From assembly GCF_009914755.1 (NCBI RefSeq), contig NC_060927.1: 64,000 nt of DNA; one strand, 5' to 3'. This document shows positions 46,370-61,139 of the stretch, piece by piece (positions within the stretch are counted from its first letter, which is position 1; each line of letters opens with the position of its first letter). Both the position numbers and the translations under genes were made by a program. Origin of the DNA: the human T2T-CHM13v2.0 reference genome, Homo sapiens. The notes below the pieces were generated by a model, which saw nothing but the letters and a program-made list of their open reading frames with translations, ran no database searches and was not told the DNA's origin.

Positions 46370-47730
46370 TATGTTACTGCCAGATGAGCAGACAGATTAA
46401 TGAAATGAAATTGAGAGTACAGAAATATATCCTTACATTGATGGTCAATTAATTTTTACAGGGTTACTGAGGAAATTCAATGCAGGAAATAATATTTATT
46501 TCAACACATTTTATGAGGCAACTAAATATTCATATGTTAAAAAAAAACCCTGAAATTAGACCCCTTTCTCACACCACACACAAAACTTAACTGAAAATGG
46601 AACATAGATCAACATAGAAGCTGAAAGTATAAAACTCTTAGAATAAAGCATAGTCGTAAATCTTTGTGACCTTGTTAGGCAATGGATTTTTAGGCATGAT
46701 ACCAAAAACACATATAACAAAAGTTAAAATAGATAAATTACATTTCATTAAAATTAAATTATTTGTGCTGAAAACTTATTACAAAGCAAAAAGATTTCCC
46801 ACAGAACAGATGATAATATTTTCAAATCATATATCTGAGCAAGGATTATATCTGCAGGAAGAAATTTTACAAATCCACAACCAAAAGACAAATAACCCAA
46901 CTTAAAAAATGGACAAAGGATTCAAAGAAACATTTCTTCAAAGAAGATATATGCAAATGTCTAATTACATAAAAATATGCTCAACATCATTAGTAATTAA
47001 GGAAATACAAATCAAAACCACAATGAGATACCACTGCATATTCATTAGGACAGCTAGAATCAAAAGTCCGATAATAGTAAGTGTTGATCAGGCTATGGAG
47101 ACATTGGAACTATTATCCATTATCGGTAAGGATGTAAAACTATGCAGTCACTTTGGAAAAATTCAGTGTTAAAACTCTTCTTACAATATGATCCAGTTAT
47201 TTCACTCCTAAATAAAGAGAAATAAAACCGTATGTCCACCCAAAAATTTATACATGAGTACTCATAGCAACATTACTCATAATAGCCAACATGTGTAAAT
47301 AAACCAAATGTCCATCAACTGATGAATGAACAAATAAGATGTGGCATACTCATACAATAGATTATCATTAGGCAATAAAAAGAATGAAGTATTGATACAT
47401 GTCACAACACGAATGAAATTTGAGAATATTTTCCATGTTAAAGAAGCCAGTCACAAAGGACTACATATTGTATGATTACACTTAAATGAAATGCCAAGAA
47501 TAGTCGCATTCACAGAGACAGGAAGCATATTAGTGGTTTCCCAGGTCTGGGGACGGCAGGAATGGTAAGTGACTACTAATAGGTAAAGAGTTTCTTCCTG
47601 TGGTGATGAAAATGCTCTAAAATTCATCTTAGTGGCAGTTGTACAACTTTGTGAATACACTAAAAATGTTTGAATTTTACAGTTGAATTGGGTGAATTTT
47701 ATGGTAAGAAAAATATCTCTATAAAGCTAT
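46370..47730 (+). mobile_element. L1MB-like ORF2 end and 3'UTR
   Basis: ORF 46909 ([19 protein letters not shown]). 3'UTR GGTGATGAAAATGCTCTAAAATT..CAACTTTGTGAATACACTAAAA. Confidence 0.85.
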
Positions 47731-47734
47731 CAAC

Positions 47735-49285
47735 ATTTTCTTGGATTTTGATAATGTTCAGTGAATCTACATACCAATTTGTGGAGAAATATCTGAACAA
47801 TATGTGAATAATATTGAGTCTTCTGACCAATAAACACTATGTGTATATCTCCATTCACTTAGTCTTCTTTAATTTAGCTCAGAATTTTTTAGGGCTTTCA
47901 ATGTAGTTTTGTAAGATTTATCTCTAATATTTCATATTAGGATATGAAATATTGGGAAGCTATTGTAAATGGTGTTTTTTATTTCAATTGCTTGTTGTTA
48001 ATGCATAGACACAACCGATTTTTCAATATGCACCTTACTAAACATTAACCCTGTTGAAGTCACTCATGATTGCATAATTGCTAGTATCTATTTCTAAATA
48101 GATTATTTAAGATTTTATACATAGATAAAATGTCATATGCAAATAAAGGCATTCATTCCTTTTTTTTCATATGGATATGAGTCATTTCTTTTTCTTGACT
48201 TATTTTCCAACTAGAACTTTCATTACAATATTGAACAGAGAGGAGCAGACACTTATTTTTTCCCAACTCAGGAGGAAAATATATAGTCTTCCATATTAAG
48301 TGTATTGGTACCCCCAGGTTTTTTGTAAATTCTCTTTATCATAGTGAATAAATTCTTTCTATTTCAAGTTTCATGAGAAATTTTATAATAAATGTATGTT
48401 GATTTTTTTCAAAGGCTTATTTGTATCCATTGAAATAATCATATACTTTCAGCTTTTTAATGTGATGAATTATGTTGATTGTCAAATGTTGAATCAACTT
48501 TGCATTTCTTTAATTCAATTTGCTCATAATGTATTATCTGTTTTATATATTATTTGTTTTGTTTCTTTTATGCTAAAGTCTTATTAAGAATTTTTGTGAC
48601 TATATACATAAGAAATGTTGGTCTCTAGTCTTGTTTACCTGTAATATGGTTAATTGGTTTTGATATCAGAATAAAGTTGGCCTCATAAAATAAGTTAAGT
48701 GAGATGTTTTCTTTCTTCTTTTTTCTGGAAGAGTTTACTTCTTTCTTAAATGATTAGTATAATTCACCAGTATAGCCATGTGGGCCAAAGTTTCTGTTTT
48801 GCAATGTTTTAAATTACAAATTAAATCTCTTTAATAAATACAGGTGCATTCAGGTTTCCTTTTCACTCTGTTGTGATCTTTGGTATTTGTGTCTTTTACA
48901 AATTTTGTCCAATTAATCTAAGTTGTTAACTTTACTGGAAAAAAATTGGCATATATAATACTTCACAATTATCCTTTTAATATGTAAAAGACATAGAAGA
49001 ATGTAACTTCCCTCATTTTTGTTATTGAAATGTCTTCTCTCTTGTTTATTTCCTAATCAGTGTTACTAAATTTTTTTCTCTTCAATTTTATTTACGTTTT
49101 CAAAGAACAAACTTTTAGTTTCATTGATCTTTTTAAATTATCTTTCTGATTATAATTTAATTAATTTGTGCTCTTTGTGATTTACTTTCTTCTGCTTACT
49201 TTGCATTTACCTTACTTTTATATTCTATTTTTAAAAGATGGATCCATAGGCTACTGCTATGAGACTTTTCTAATACCGTATAAGT
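47735..49285 (-). mobile_element. Old L1M ORF2 remnant (probable continuation of 29410-30880)
   Basis: Antisense ORF2 motifs (GCTATTGTAAATGG, GGCCTCATAAAAT, AATTCACCAGT). Confidence 0.7.
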
Positions 49286-51230
49286 GTTTATTAGATTTCT
49301 AATGCTGTATAATAAATTACCAGAAAACACAGCAACTTGAAAACAATAAACATTTATCATCTGATGGTGTCTGTGGGTCAGGAATGCAGTATTATTTCCT
49401 AAAATAGCTGGGCCCGTATTGAGATCTTAGTTTAAGGCTACTCAAAGAAGACATATTTCTAAATAAGATCTCTCACATAGTTGTTGGCAGGCTTTAACTT
49501 TTTGATGCCTGTTGGCTAGAGACTTCAGAAAGCTGCTGACTTTCCCCAGAACAAGTGATCTGAAAGTGAGAAAGTTCCATGCCAGATAGAAGCTGCAGTC
49601 TTCTTGTAATCTAATCTCAGACATGACTTAGCATAATTTCTGCCATACGCTATTTGCTAAATCCACCCCACAATCAACAGCAAGGGAAGAAAAGTCTTCC
49701 TTTTAAAGGGAGGATGAAGTATAAAACAATTCATCCTCTAGCCAAAAATCTTAATTTCCTCCCTCTTAAAAAATACATTTCTCTCCCCTCAAGATCCACA
49801 GATGTTGTATTCTACTGTAGAATCTGCTTTAAGTTCAGAATCTTGTCACTTAAATCAGGACCAGTTGTGAATGTCACCCCTTTGCTGTACTTTCTAAAGT
49901 TTAGCTCCTAGAGTACAGTTGCTCTCAATCTGTAGACCTGTGGAACTAAAATAAAAAATTATCTGGTTTATACAAACCCAATAGACAATGGTGGGGCAGA
50001 CATAGAAAAACCGCTATAGCCTTGATGTTCAAAAAGGGAAAATACAGGAGGTGAAAAGAATTCACTAGCATAAGGAAGCCCAAAGGAATTCTGTAATCTA
50101 GCCAGGCAAAAGTTGAAAGTTCTGTGGTTAGGTTTCAAATGCTGGGAATGATTTACTAAGGCTCTCAGCTCTGTCCTTTGAGTTGTTGGTTCTACCTCCT
50201 GCGTCATCTTTCCTTTATCATTAAAAGGTAGATCTGTTCATATTTGAGCCCTGTACCCGCCAGTAGAATTGGGGAGGGAGCCAGTTCTCTTTTTATTTAA
50301 GCTCATTTTTCAATGTCTCTAAGGCCTTTCAGTCCAACTAGTGATGTTTCTGCGTAAATAATCTTTTCAAAATCTTTCTAGATCATCTTTGACATACTAA
50401 AACCCACTTCATTAGACAAAAGCCATACACGTAAATTTCTTTAAAATAAGCACTTTTCTATTTGCTTATTTGAGTGATACATTTGGGTCTGTGTCCCTGC
50501 CCAAGTCTCATGTCATTGTGATTCCCAAGGTTCGAAGTGGGGCCTGGTGGGACGTGACTAGATCAAGCGTGCAGAATTCCCCTTTGGTGCAGTTCTCACG
50601 AATGTGTGTGAGTTATCCTGAGATCTGGTGGTTTAAAAGTGTGTAGCGCATCCCCCTCTCTCTCTCCCTCCTGCTCCGGCCACGTAAGGTGTGCCTGCTT
50701 CCCCTTTGCCTTGCGCCATGACTGTACTCTTCTTGAGGTCTCCCCCAAAGCTGAGCAGATGCCAAAATCATGCTTCCTGTACAGCCTGCTGAACTGTGAG
50801 CCAATTAGACCTCTTTTCTATAAATTACCCAGTTTGAGGTATTTCTTTATAGCAGTGTGAGAAGAGACTAACACATTGAGTTTCTGATGAAAAGGCTGAG
50901 GGAAAACACCTTTAAGCTTCCTAAAAGACCTGTTGAGAAGATGTGTGAAGCACACCTTTGTTCTCTCTAAATAGCATATTATTGGACTGAATAGCACCTT
51001 GGTACACTTCCTCTAGTCTTCCTGAGACATTAACAAAAGATTTTACAATCACACACTTGGCTTAGGTGTTGGTGCAGTAGTTTTTATCTGTTCTCAGAAA
51101 TCATTGCTTAATTTTAGCGTATGTTACCTACAGAGACAGAATTCTTAAAACCATCATCTCCTTCATGTTCAACAGTACTTTCTTATCTCTCTCTTACTGT
51201 ATTTTATATTAAGCAGAAAGAAGAAACCAG
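49285..51230 (-). mobile_element. MLT1F/G/H-like LTR plus internal region
   Basis: TTCTAATGCTGTATAATAAATTACC..CTGTGGGTCAGGAAT..TTCTGCCATA LTR motifs, followed by MaLR-int-like sequence. Confidence 0.6.
50475..50875 (+). mobile_element. MSTA solo LTR
   Basis: TGATA..TGTGTCCCTGCCCAAGTCTCATGT...TAAATTACCCAGT..GACTAACACA. Perfect TSD TTGAG. Confidence 0.92.
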
Positions 51231-52692
51231 ATAGTTTATCATATTTTGTTACAGCAATCTGAATAAATTAAGACAGAAAACTAGTACCAAGAAGTGGAAA
51301 TATTGTAACAAATATGTAAACATGTGGAAGCAGCTTTTGAAACTGGGTAATAGGTAAAAACTGGAAGAGTTTTTAGGTGCAGGCTAAAAAAAATAAGCCT
51401 ACATTGCTGTGAATAGACAACTGAGGGTGATTCTGGAGACGGCTCAAAGGATAGGCTGAGAGCTATAGAGAAAGCTTCAGTTTTCATAGATAACATCTAA
51501 GTGGGCATGAATAGAATGTTGGTGTAAATGTGAATGCTAACAGCCATTCCAATGAGATCTGAGGTGGAAATAAAGAACATGCTATTGGACAATGGAGGAA
51601 ATGCCATTATTGTTATGAAGTAAAAAGAAATTGTCTGAATTGTATTTTTTTCTAATGTTTTGTAGAAGATACAACTTGTAAATAACCAATATTTGGCTGA
51701 AAAGATTTTGAACAATATATTGAAGCATTAGCCTGCTTCCTCTTTCCTGCTTATAGTAAAATGCCAGAAGAGAGAAGTGATTGAAAGATAAAAGGTTTTC
51801 ATCAAAAGAAGTAAAAAATTTAGAAAATTTTCATCCTATCTATAATGGAAAAAATGATACAAATTTTTTGAGAGAGAGAACAAAATTGTGGCCAAGTGAT
51901 CATTTCATAAGGAGATTAGTATTGATTGGCTAGCCTAAAGGAAGCTAGGTATCATTTATCAAGATCATGGTGAGATTAGCCAGCCATCTAAACATCGTCT
52001 TCATCTAAGCAATGAAAGAATAACCGTATATTGATAATTCTCAGGATGCTGTCTCACCACAGGCTCCGAGTGTCAGAGCTTGTGGGGCGGAACAATATCA
52101 AAGGAGAGGACTTGCTGTCCAGCACCATCTCACATTTTGGGCTCTATTTTATAGACTCTGTCACCATGCTTCTCGGCAGCCCTAGGAGCAGCAGTGTAGC
52201 ACGCACTGTGCTGAATCCCTCTGTGGGGTTGTGGCTGCCTCCACTTTGATTTCAAGTGATGTCCTGGTGAGCCACGGGATCCAGGCAGAGAACTGCCATG
52301 AGGGTGATACCACCACAGAGTCGCTACTCAGGCAAGGCGCAGGAGAGTTGTAGAGGGTGGGGCTGCTCCAACAAAACAAGATCTGCAGAGCCACGGGTAC
52401 ATGATTCCAGCCCAGGAGAGCTCCAGATATGTAATCCAAGCACAGAGCAGTCATGGAGGTGGGACCCCTGCAGTGAACTGCCGTAGGGGCAGGACCCAGG
52501 CACAGAGCCACCATGGGATGGGGCTCTCCAATGTCATGGGGGAAGGGCTGCCACCCAACTACGTCTGAAAGGTAGGGCTCCTACCCAAGTAGGACTAGAG
52601 GAGAGAATATCAAACCGAAGACGATAATCCTAAGCCTTGAGGTTCTAGACTTGAGACTTGTTATTCATTTTTTGTCCAGTTTCTTGCTTTCC

Positions 52693-52751
52693 TTATGTTG
52701 ATGCATTTAAAAAAAATGGCAAAAATGGCAAATACTTTTGCACCAACCTAA
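52693..52751. mobile_element. MADE1 (Hsmar1 MITE), internally deleted
   Basis: Right arm AATGGCAAAAA..TACTTTTGCACCAACCTAA|TA and residual left TIR TTATGTTGATGCA. Confidence 0.8.
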
Positions 52752-53011
52752 TAGGAATGTATGTCCTATGCCTGTCCCGTCATTGTATTTTGGAAGCACA
52801 CAACCTGCTTGATTTCAGAGGCTCACAGCTGAGGGAGAATTTTACTCAGAATGAATTACATGTTGAGTTTCACCAATACCTGATTTTGATGATGTTTAGA
52901 TGAGACTTTAGGCTTTGGTTGATATTGGCACTAGTTGTTTGGGCTAGTGCGATGGAATAAATATATTTTCCGTGCAAGAAGAACATTAATTTGGGGGGCC
53001 CAAAGTCACAA

Positions 53012-54672
53012 TGAGAGGTGACAGCCTGCTGGCAGCCCTCGCTCGCTCTCAGCGCCTCCTCGGCCTCGGTGCCCACTCTGGCCGTGCCTGAGGAGCCCTT
53101 CACCCGGGGCTGCACTGTGGGAGCACCTCTCTGTGCTGGCCGAGGCCAGAGCCGGCTCCCTCTGCTTGCTGGGAGGTGTGGAGGGAGAGGTGTGGGCAGG
53201 AACCGGGGCTGCGCCATGGTGCTCGTGGGCCACCGCGAGTTCCGGGTGGGCGTGGGCTAGGTGGGTCCCGCACTTGGAGCAGCCGGCGGCGCCACCGGCC
53301 CCGGCAGTGAAGGGCTTAGCACCCCGGCCAGCAGCTGCAGAGGGTGCCCGGGTCCCCCAGCACTGCTGGCCTGCCCACGCTATGCTTGAATTCTCACCCA
53401 GCCTCAGCCACCTTCCCAAGGCTCAGGACCTGCAGCCCACCATGCCGAAGCCCCCCCGCGGATCCCCAGCCTCCCCGACAGGCGCTGTCCCCTGCTCCGC
53501 AGCGCTGGTTCCTATCTACCGCCCAAGGGCTGAGGAGTGCAGGCGTGCCCCGCTGGCAGCCCCAGCAAGGGATCCACTAGGCAAAACCAGCTGGGCTCCT
53601 GAGTCAAGTGGGGACTTGGAGAACTTTTATGTCTGGCTGGAGGATTGTGTATGCGCCAGCAGCACTCTGTGTCTAGCTCAGGGTTTGTGGATGCACCAAT
53701 CAGCACCCTGCATCTAGCTAATCTGGTGGGGACTTGGAGAACTTTTATGTCTAGCTGGAGGATTGTGTATGCGCCAATCAGCACTCTGTGTCTAGCTCAG
53801 GGTTTATGGATGCACCAATCAGCACTCTGTATCTAGCTAATCTGGTGGGGACTTGGAGAACTTTTATGTCTAGCTACAGGATTGTAAATGCACCAATCAG
53901 CACTCTGTGTCTAGCTCAAGGTTTGTAAATGCACCAATCAGCACTCTGTGTCTAACTCAAGGTTTGTAAATGCACCAATCAGCACTGTGTATCTAGCTCA
54001 TCTGGGGAGGACTTAAAGAACGTTTCTGTCTAGCTAGAGGATTGTAAACGCACCAATCAGCGCTCTGTGTCTAGCTCAGGGATTGTAAACACACCAATCA
54101 GCACTCTGTCAAAACAGACCAATCAGCTCTCTGTAAAACAGACCATTCAGCTCTCTGTAAAATGGACCAATCAGCAGGATGTGGGTGGGGCCAGATAAGG
54201 GAATAAAAGCAGGCTGCCCAAGGCAGCAGTGGTAACCTGCTGGGGTCCCCTTTCACACTGTGGAAGGTTTGTTCGTTAGCTTTTTGCAATAAATCTTGCT
54301 GCTGCTCACTCTTTGTGTCTGCACTGCCTTTATGAGCTGTAACACTCACCGCGAAGGTCTGCAGCTTCACTCCTGAAGCTAGTGAGACCATGAACCCACT
54401 GGGCAGAATGAACAACTCAGGAGGGGAGAAACGAACAACTCCAGATGCACCGCCTTAACAGCTGTAACACTCACCGCGAAAGTCTGCAGCTTCACTCCTG
54501 AAGCCGGCGAGACCAGGAATCTCCACCAGAAGGAAGAAACTCCAAACACATCTGAACATCAGAAGGAACAAACTCCAGACATGTTGCCTTTAAGAACTGT
54601 AACACTCACGCGAGGGTCCGCGGCTTCATTCTTGAAGTCAGTGAAACCAAGAACCCACCAATTCCGAACACA
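53012..54672 (+). mobile_element. LTR12 (C/D/E-type) solo LTR, HERV9
   Basis: TGAGAGGTGACAGC start, GC-rich U3, tandem GCACCAATCAGCACTCTG repeats, GCTGTAACACTCAC U5 repeats, ACCCACCAATTCCGAACACA end. Confidence 0.96.
53690..54210 (+). promoter_or_regulatory. LTR12 enhancer/promoter: 10 CCAAT (NF-Y) boxes, GATA site, AATAAAA TATA-like box
   Basis: 10 CCAATC counted between 53696 and 54172, AGATAA at 54193-54198, AATAAAA at 54202-54208. This is the known ERV9 LTR architecture; activity is not shown. Confidence 0.7.
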
Positions 54673-55314
54673 GTAATGCTAAGATCTGAATATTTGTGTT
54701 CCTCCAAAACTCATATGGTGAAATTATAATGCACAGAGTGGTATTATTAGGAAGTGAGGCTTTGGGGAAGTGGTTAGGTCATGAAAGTGGAGCTCTCATG
54801 AATGGAATTGGTGACTTTATAAGCGATTCCAACTGCTTTGCCCCTTCCATCATGTGGGATTGGGACAAGAAGGTACCATCAATGACCCAGAAAGCAGGCT
54901 TTTACCAGACACCAAATCTGCTTTGATTTTCGATTTCTCAGACACTAAAACTGTGAGAAATGAATTTCTGTTCTATATAAGCTGCCATATTTAAAGGATT
55001 TTTATAACAGCAGCATGAACAGACTAAGACCATCACCCTGGTTCTTGCAAATTCTCCAGGAACATGTGTACAGCTGACTATCACAGGGCTGAGGATGTGT
55101 GGATTGGTAGCTGCTTTTGTGCCAAAGACTGAAACTGACAGAAATTAACAGCAATATCCTGTCCAAGCCTTCCCTTGGAAGTTTCAAACCTTTGGTAGAC
55201 TCCAGAGTTCCAACATAGTTAAATCAGACAGATTCTGACAGTGCAATTGTTGTCCGGGTGAGTGGACAGATTCCTAGTGCTTCTTACTCTGCCATCTTCT
55301 CAGAATCTTCTCTC

Positions 55315-56215
55315 ATATGTCTTTAAGTTCTATCAGTTTTTGCTTAATCTGTTTTTAAACTCAGATTTTAGGTGTACGATCATTTAGAATTATTATGTCA
55401 ACTTGGTAAATTGACCCCCTTAATTATCCTGAAATAATTCTCTTTATTTTAACAATATTTCTTGCTGTGAAATACAGTTTTTCTGATATTAACGTAGTCA
55501 TTCCAGCTTTCTTCTATTAGTTTTAGCATGGAATATCTACCTTCTTTTTACTTTCTATGTATCTATCTATTAATGTGAGATCTTCTGTACACTTCATATG
55601 TGGGTTTTGTTTTTTTATTTAATCTTAAAATATCTTTTAAAAATTAGAATGTTTAGACTATTTACATTTAATGTGATTATTGATATGTTTGGACTTAAAT
55701 CTACCAGATTGTTTAAATCTATCTCATCCATTTTTTGTTTCCTTTTGTCCCTTTTTTACCTTTTTAAAAATTAATTGCATATTTTATGATCGTGTTTTGT
55801 CTCCTTTGTTGAAATTTTAGCTATACCTCTGTGATTTTTTTTCTATTCATGGTTGTCTTAGGGTTAATTTTATTAAAGTCTAACTTCAAGTAATATTATA
55901 CTTCTTTACACATAAGAACCTTACAACAGTATACTTCCACTGCATAGCTCTAGGCTTTCATACTGATAATTTTCGTATTTTACTTCTACATTTGCTATAA
56001 ATAGCATGATATATTATTTATTTTCTTTAGATACTAAATTATATTTAACAGAGATTTTTCAAAGTAAGAAAATAAGTCTTTTTTTAATATATAATTTTCA
56101 CTGGTGATGTTTTGAATTCCTTTGTGTAGGTCTAGCCTTTTGACCTTGGTATCATTTTACTTCTTCCCCCAAAATATCCTATTTACTTTCCTTTAATTTC
56201 TTAGGAAAGTTTTAT
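55315..56215 (-). mobile_element. Old L1M remnant
   Basis: TCTGATATTAACGTAGTCATTCCAGCTTTCTT, GTTTAGACTATTTACATTTAATGTGATTATTGAT. Confidence 0.7.
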
Positions 56216-56271
56216 GTTTATATATATAATATATATTAATATATAATAATGTGCACCCTTCTGTTCCAGAT

Positions 56272-57362
56272 TGTGATATAATATAAAATATGTTTGATCT
56301 GTGTCCCCAGTTGCTGGCACAGAGCTCCTAAAATCCTTGAAATTTCCTGAGTAATAGGAATGTCTTTGGTTGTTCATAACAAGACCCTTTCATCATACCT
56401 GAGTTTGTGCTAATGAGGTAATCAGGATGATGCCCCTAAATAGCCTCATGTTTAGGCTGGCCACCAGAAAGCCCACGTGATTAGAGGGTTGAAATTAGCA
56501 GCCCCACCCGATGACCTCTGGGGAAGGAGATTGAAGCTAGAGATTGAGCTCTATAAAGTTTTGAACAAAGAGCTTCAGTGAGATTCTGAATTGGTGAACA
56601 TAGCCTTGTACCAGGAGAGTGGCATACCCCACTCCACAGGGACAGAAACTACTGCACGTGGGACCCTTGTTAACCTTACCCTATGTACCACTTCATCTGA
56701 CTGTTCATTCATATCCTTTATATCAAACTAGTAAATGGTAAGTGGTTTCCTGATTTCTATGAGCCATCCTATCAAATTATTGGACATGAGGAGGGAGTAG
56801 TTAGAATGCCTGTTTTGTTGTTGTTGTTGTTGTTTTGTTGTTGTTGTTGTTTTTGAGATGGAGTCTCACTCTGTTGCCCAGGCTGGAGTGCAGTGGCTGC
56901 GATCTCGGCTCACTGCAACCTCCGCCTCCCGGATTCAAGCAATTCAGTTTTCCTGCCTCGGCCTCCCAAGTAGTTGGGACTACAGTTACGCACCACCATG
57001 GCCAGTTAATTTTCGGATTTTTAGTAGAGACAAGGTTTCACCATGTTGGTCAGCCTGGTCTTGAACTCCTGACTTCAAGTGATCTGCCTGCCTTGGCCTC
57101 CCGAAGTGCTGGTATTATAGGCATGAGCCACCACGCCCAGCAAGAATGCCTGCTTTATAGCTGTTTGATCAGAAGTATGGGTGACCTGATACATATGACT
57201 GTCATCTGACCTGAGGGCAATCTTGTGTGGCTGAACCCTTAATCTTGTGGAGTCTGACTCTGACTGTCAGTGGTTAGTGTCAGAATTCAATTGAATTGTT
57301 GGACACCCAGTTGGTATGTGCAGAGAAGCAGAGACTTGGTTGGTGTCTGAAAATACCTCAGA
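56272..57362 (+). mobile_element. MER21-family LTR (split by Alu)
   Basis: TGTGATATAA..CTGGCACAGAGCTCCTAAAATCCTTG...GTGTCAGAATT..GGACACCCAGTTGGT. CAGAT on both flanks. Confidence 0.85.
56813..57142 (-). mobile_element. AluSz/Sx with (TTG)n tail
   Basis: Alu dimer. TSD AGAATGCCTG(T/C)TTT at 56803-56816 and 57143-57156. Confidence 0.95.
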
Positions 57363-57539
57363 CAGATATAGGTAATTATAAATAATTTGTGTTTTTTCTG
57401 GTCAGTCCTGACTAGATATTATTAATTTTAACTTTTTAAGTATTTTGTATTGCTTATTGGGTTTTAATTTAATTTATTTCATTTCATGGATTAGTATCAC
57501 CCCATTTTCAACTGGCTCAGTAATACTCAAACCCAAGAA

Positions 57540-59440
<1,901 letters not shown>

Positions 59441-59957
59441 TCTGTCTCCCTTTTTGTGCCTACAGCTCAAATCTACTCTAACTTCCTCCAGTCTTTCACT
59501 TACTTTCCCTTTGGCTGCTTAGAGATTCAACCCCCGTGGGTACATTTTATAAATCAGCCTAGGATTTCAAGATGGTTTTATATAAAGTCACATTCTGCAA
59601 CTGCCTGTTCTGTGGTATTTTCCAGCCATAGGAGCACCCCTGTGCTTCAACTTCTGACTCCTTAGGTCCACAGGCTCTCTGCTTGAACTTTCCCTACCAG
59701 TACATTTTGTTGACTGAATAGTATCCTCAGAGCAAAGCTATGTAAAGGGGAAAATCTAGCTCTGGTTCTCTTCCTTTAAGTGTGTAATTGCTGTAATATC
59801 TCCCTGGTCGTCATTGTTCTTCTATGCCTCAAAACAGCTTTCCAAAGTTTGTCACTCTTTTTGGAAGGAGTGTTATTCTGATTTAGATTCTTTTCCATTG
59901 CCAGTTACTGGAAGTCTCCTACATAATTCTGATGTTCAGTCAATCCAACATTGTAGG

Positions 59958-60120
59958 TAAATGGTTCTTAAATTTTAATACCATGATGGATCATCTGAAA
60001 ATCATGCTAAAATGAAGTTTCTGATTCAATAGGCTTTGAGTGAGACCTACGATTCTTTATCTTTAATAATTTCCTGTGTGATATGGATGCTTCTGTCCAC
60101 AACTGACACTTTCAGTAGTG
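59958..60120. mobile_element. MER5A-like fragment
   Basis: ATGGTTCTTAAA..TTCTGATTCAATAGG..CACTTTCAGTAG. Confidence 0.6.
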
Positions 60121-60722
60121 AGCCCTCAACTATTAACATAGTGAAGTAGTGGCAATACATTTCACAGTGTGATATAACAGAATTTTAGAATTGGAAACAA
60201 TTAGGGTTAACACACTGTTGTTAATGAAGAAGTGTTGGTTGCAATTGTAAATTATTATTTTCCAGGTGCCAAACAAGTGTCAGTATTGATAAAACCTATC
60301 ACTACCTTGTTAATGCTAATGGATTAAACAGCACCATGAGTCTGATTATCTGTTAGCCAATTAAGATAAGCATTGAACTTGTCTTTACAGCATATTTATT
60401 GTGATTGAAAATATGCTATTTCTATTTCAAATGCTGGCCAATATATCAAGTATACAATTTTGGCCTGGGCAGATTACAAAAACAACCACTGAAAACATAT
60501 TTTACAATGGATAGTTGCAAATTTTTCATCATTGAAAAAATGTATCTTAATGGGTAATAATAATGTGATTTCTTCTAAGGATAAAAAAGAAAGTTATCTC
60601 CTCTACTCTTATATTAATCCATTTCCAGTCACAACCAAAGGCAGTCTCCTTCAGGTGGCCCCTTCTGTGGCTCACCAAACCAAGTCATTAAACTGAACAG
60701 ATTTTATCTTGTAAATAATACA

Positions 60723-61130
60723 TGTCTTAGTCCATTTTGCATTGCTATAATAGAGAAGCTGAGCCTGGGTACTTTATAAAGAAGAGAGATTTATTTATTA
60801 CAGACCTGAAGACTGGGAGGCCCAAGGTCATGGGCCCATATCTGGCATAGGCCTTCTTGCTGCATTACCCCATGGCAGGTGGTGGAAAGGCAAGAGAGCA
60901 CACCCATGAAAGAGAGAGAGGGAAGGAGTGGGGTGGTGGGGCGGGGAACGGGGGGAGGAGAGAGAGAGACTGAACTCACAGTCTCAAGCCTTTTTATAAT
61001 TGGCATTAATCCATTCATGAGGGTAGAGCTCTTGTTACCTAAATACCTCCCAGTAGGCCTCTCAACACTGTTGCGCTGGGGATTCAGTTTTCAACACATG
61101 CTTTTCTAGGGACACATTCAAACCATAACA
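60723..61130 (-). mobile_element. MSTC-like solo LTR
   Basis: TGTCTTAGTCCATTTTGCATTGCTATAA...GGGACACATTCAAACCATAACA. Confidence 0.85.
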
Positions 61131-61139
61131 ACATCCTAA

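Larger units (their letters stand above)
51235..55031 (+). mobile_element. MLT1A/MSTD-like MaLR: LTR end, internal region and 3' LTR (54676-55031), split by LTR12
   Basis: TATTTTGTTACAGCA..TAAGACA|GAAAACTAGTACCAAGAAGTGG LTR/int boundary. 3' LTR has CCTCCAAAACTCATATG...AACAGACTAAGAC. Confidence 0.75.

Noticed and set aside
53006-53784. Overlapping Pro/Ala/Gly-rich ORFs up to 194 aa
   Set aside because: GC-rich LTR12 U3 sequence with no coding signature.
53620-54180. Repeat array resembling CRISPR
   Set aside because: Units are contiguous LTR12 enhancer repeats without unique spacers, in primate DNA with no cas genes.
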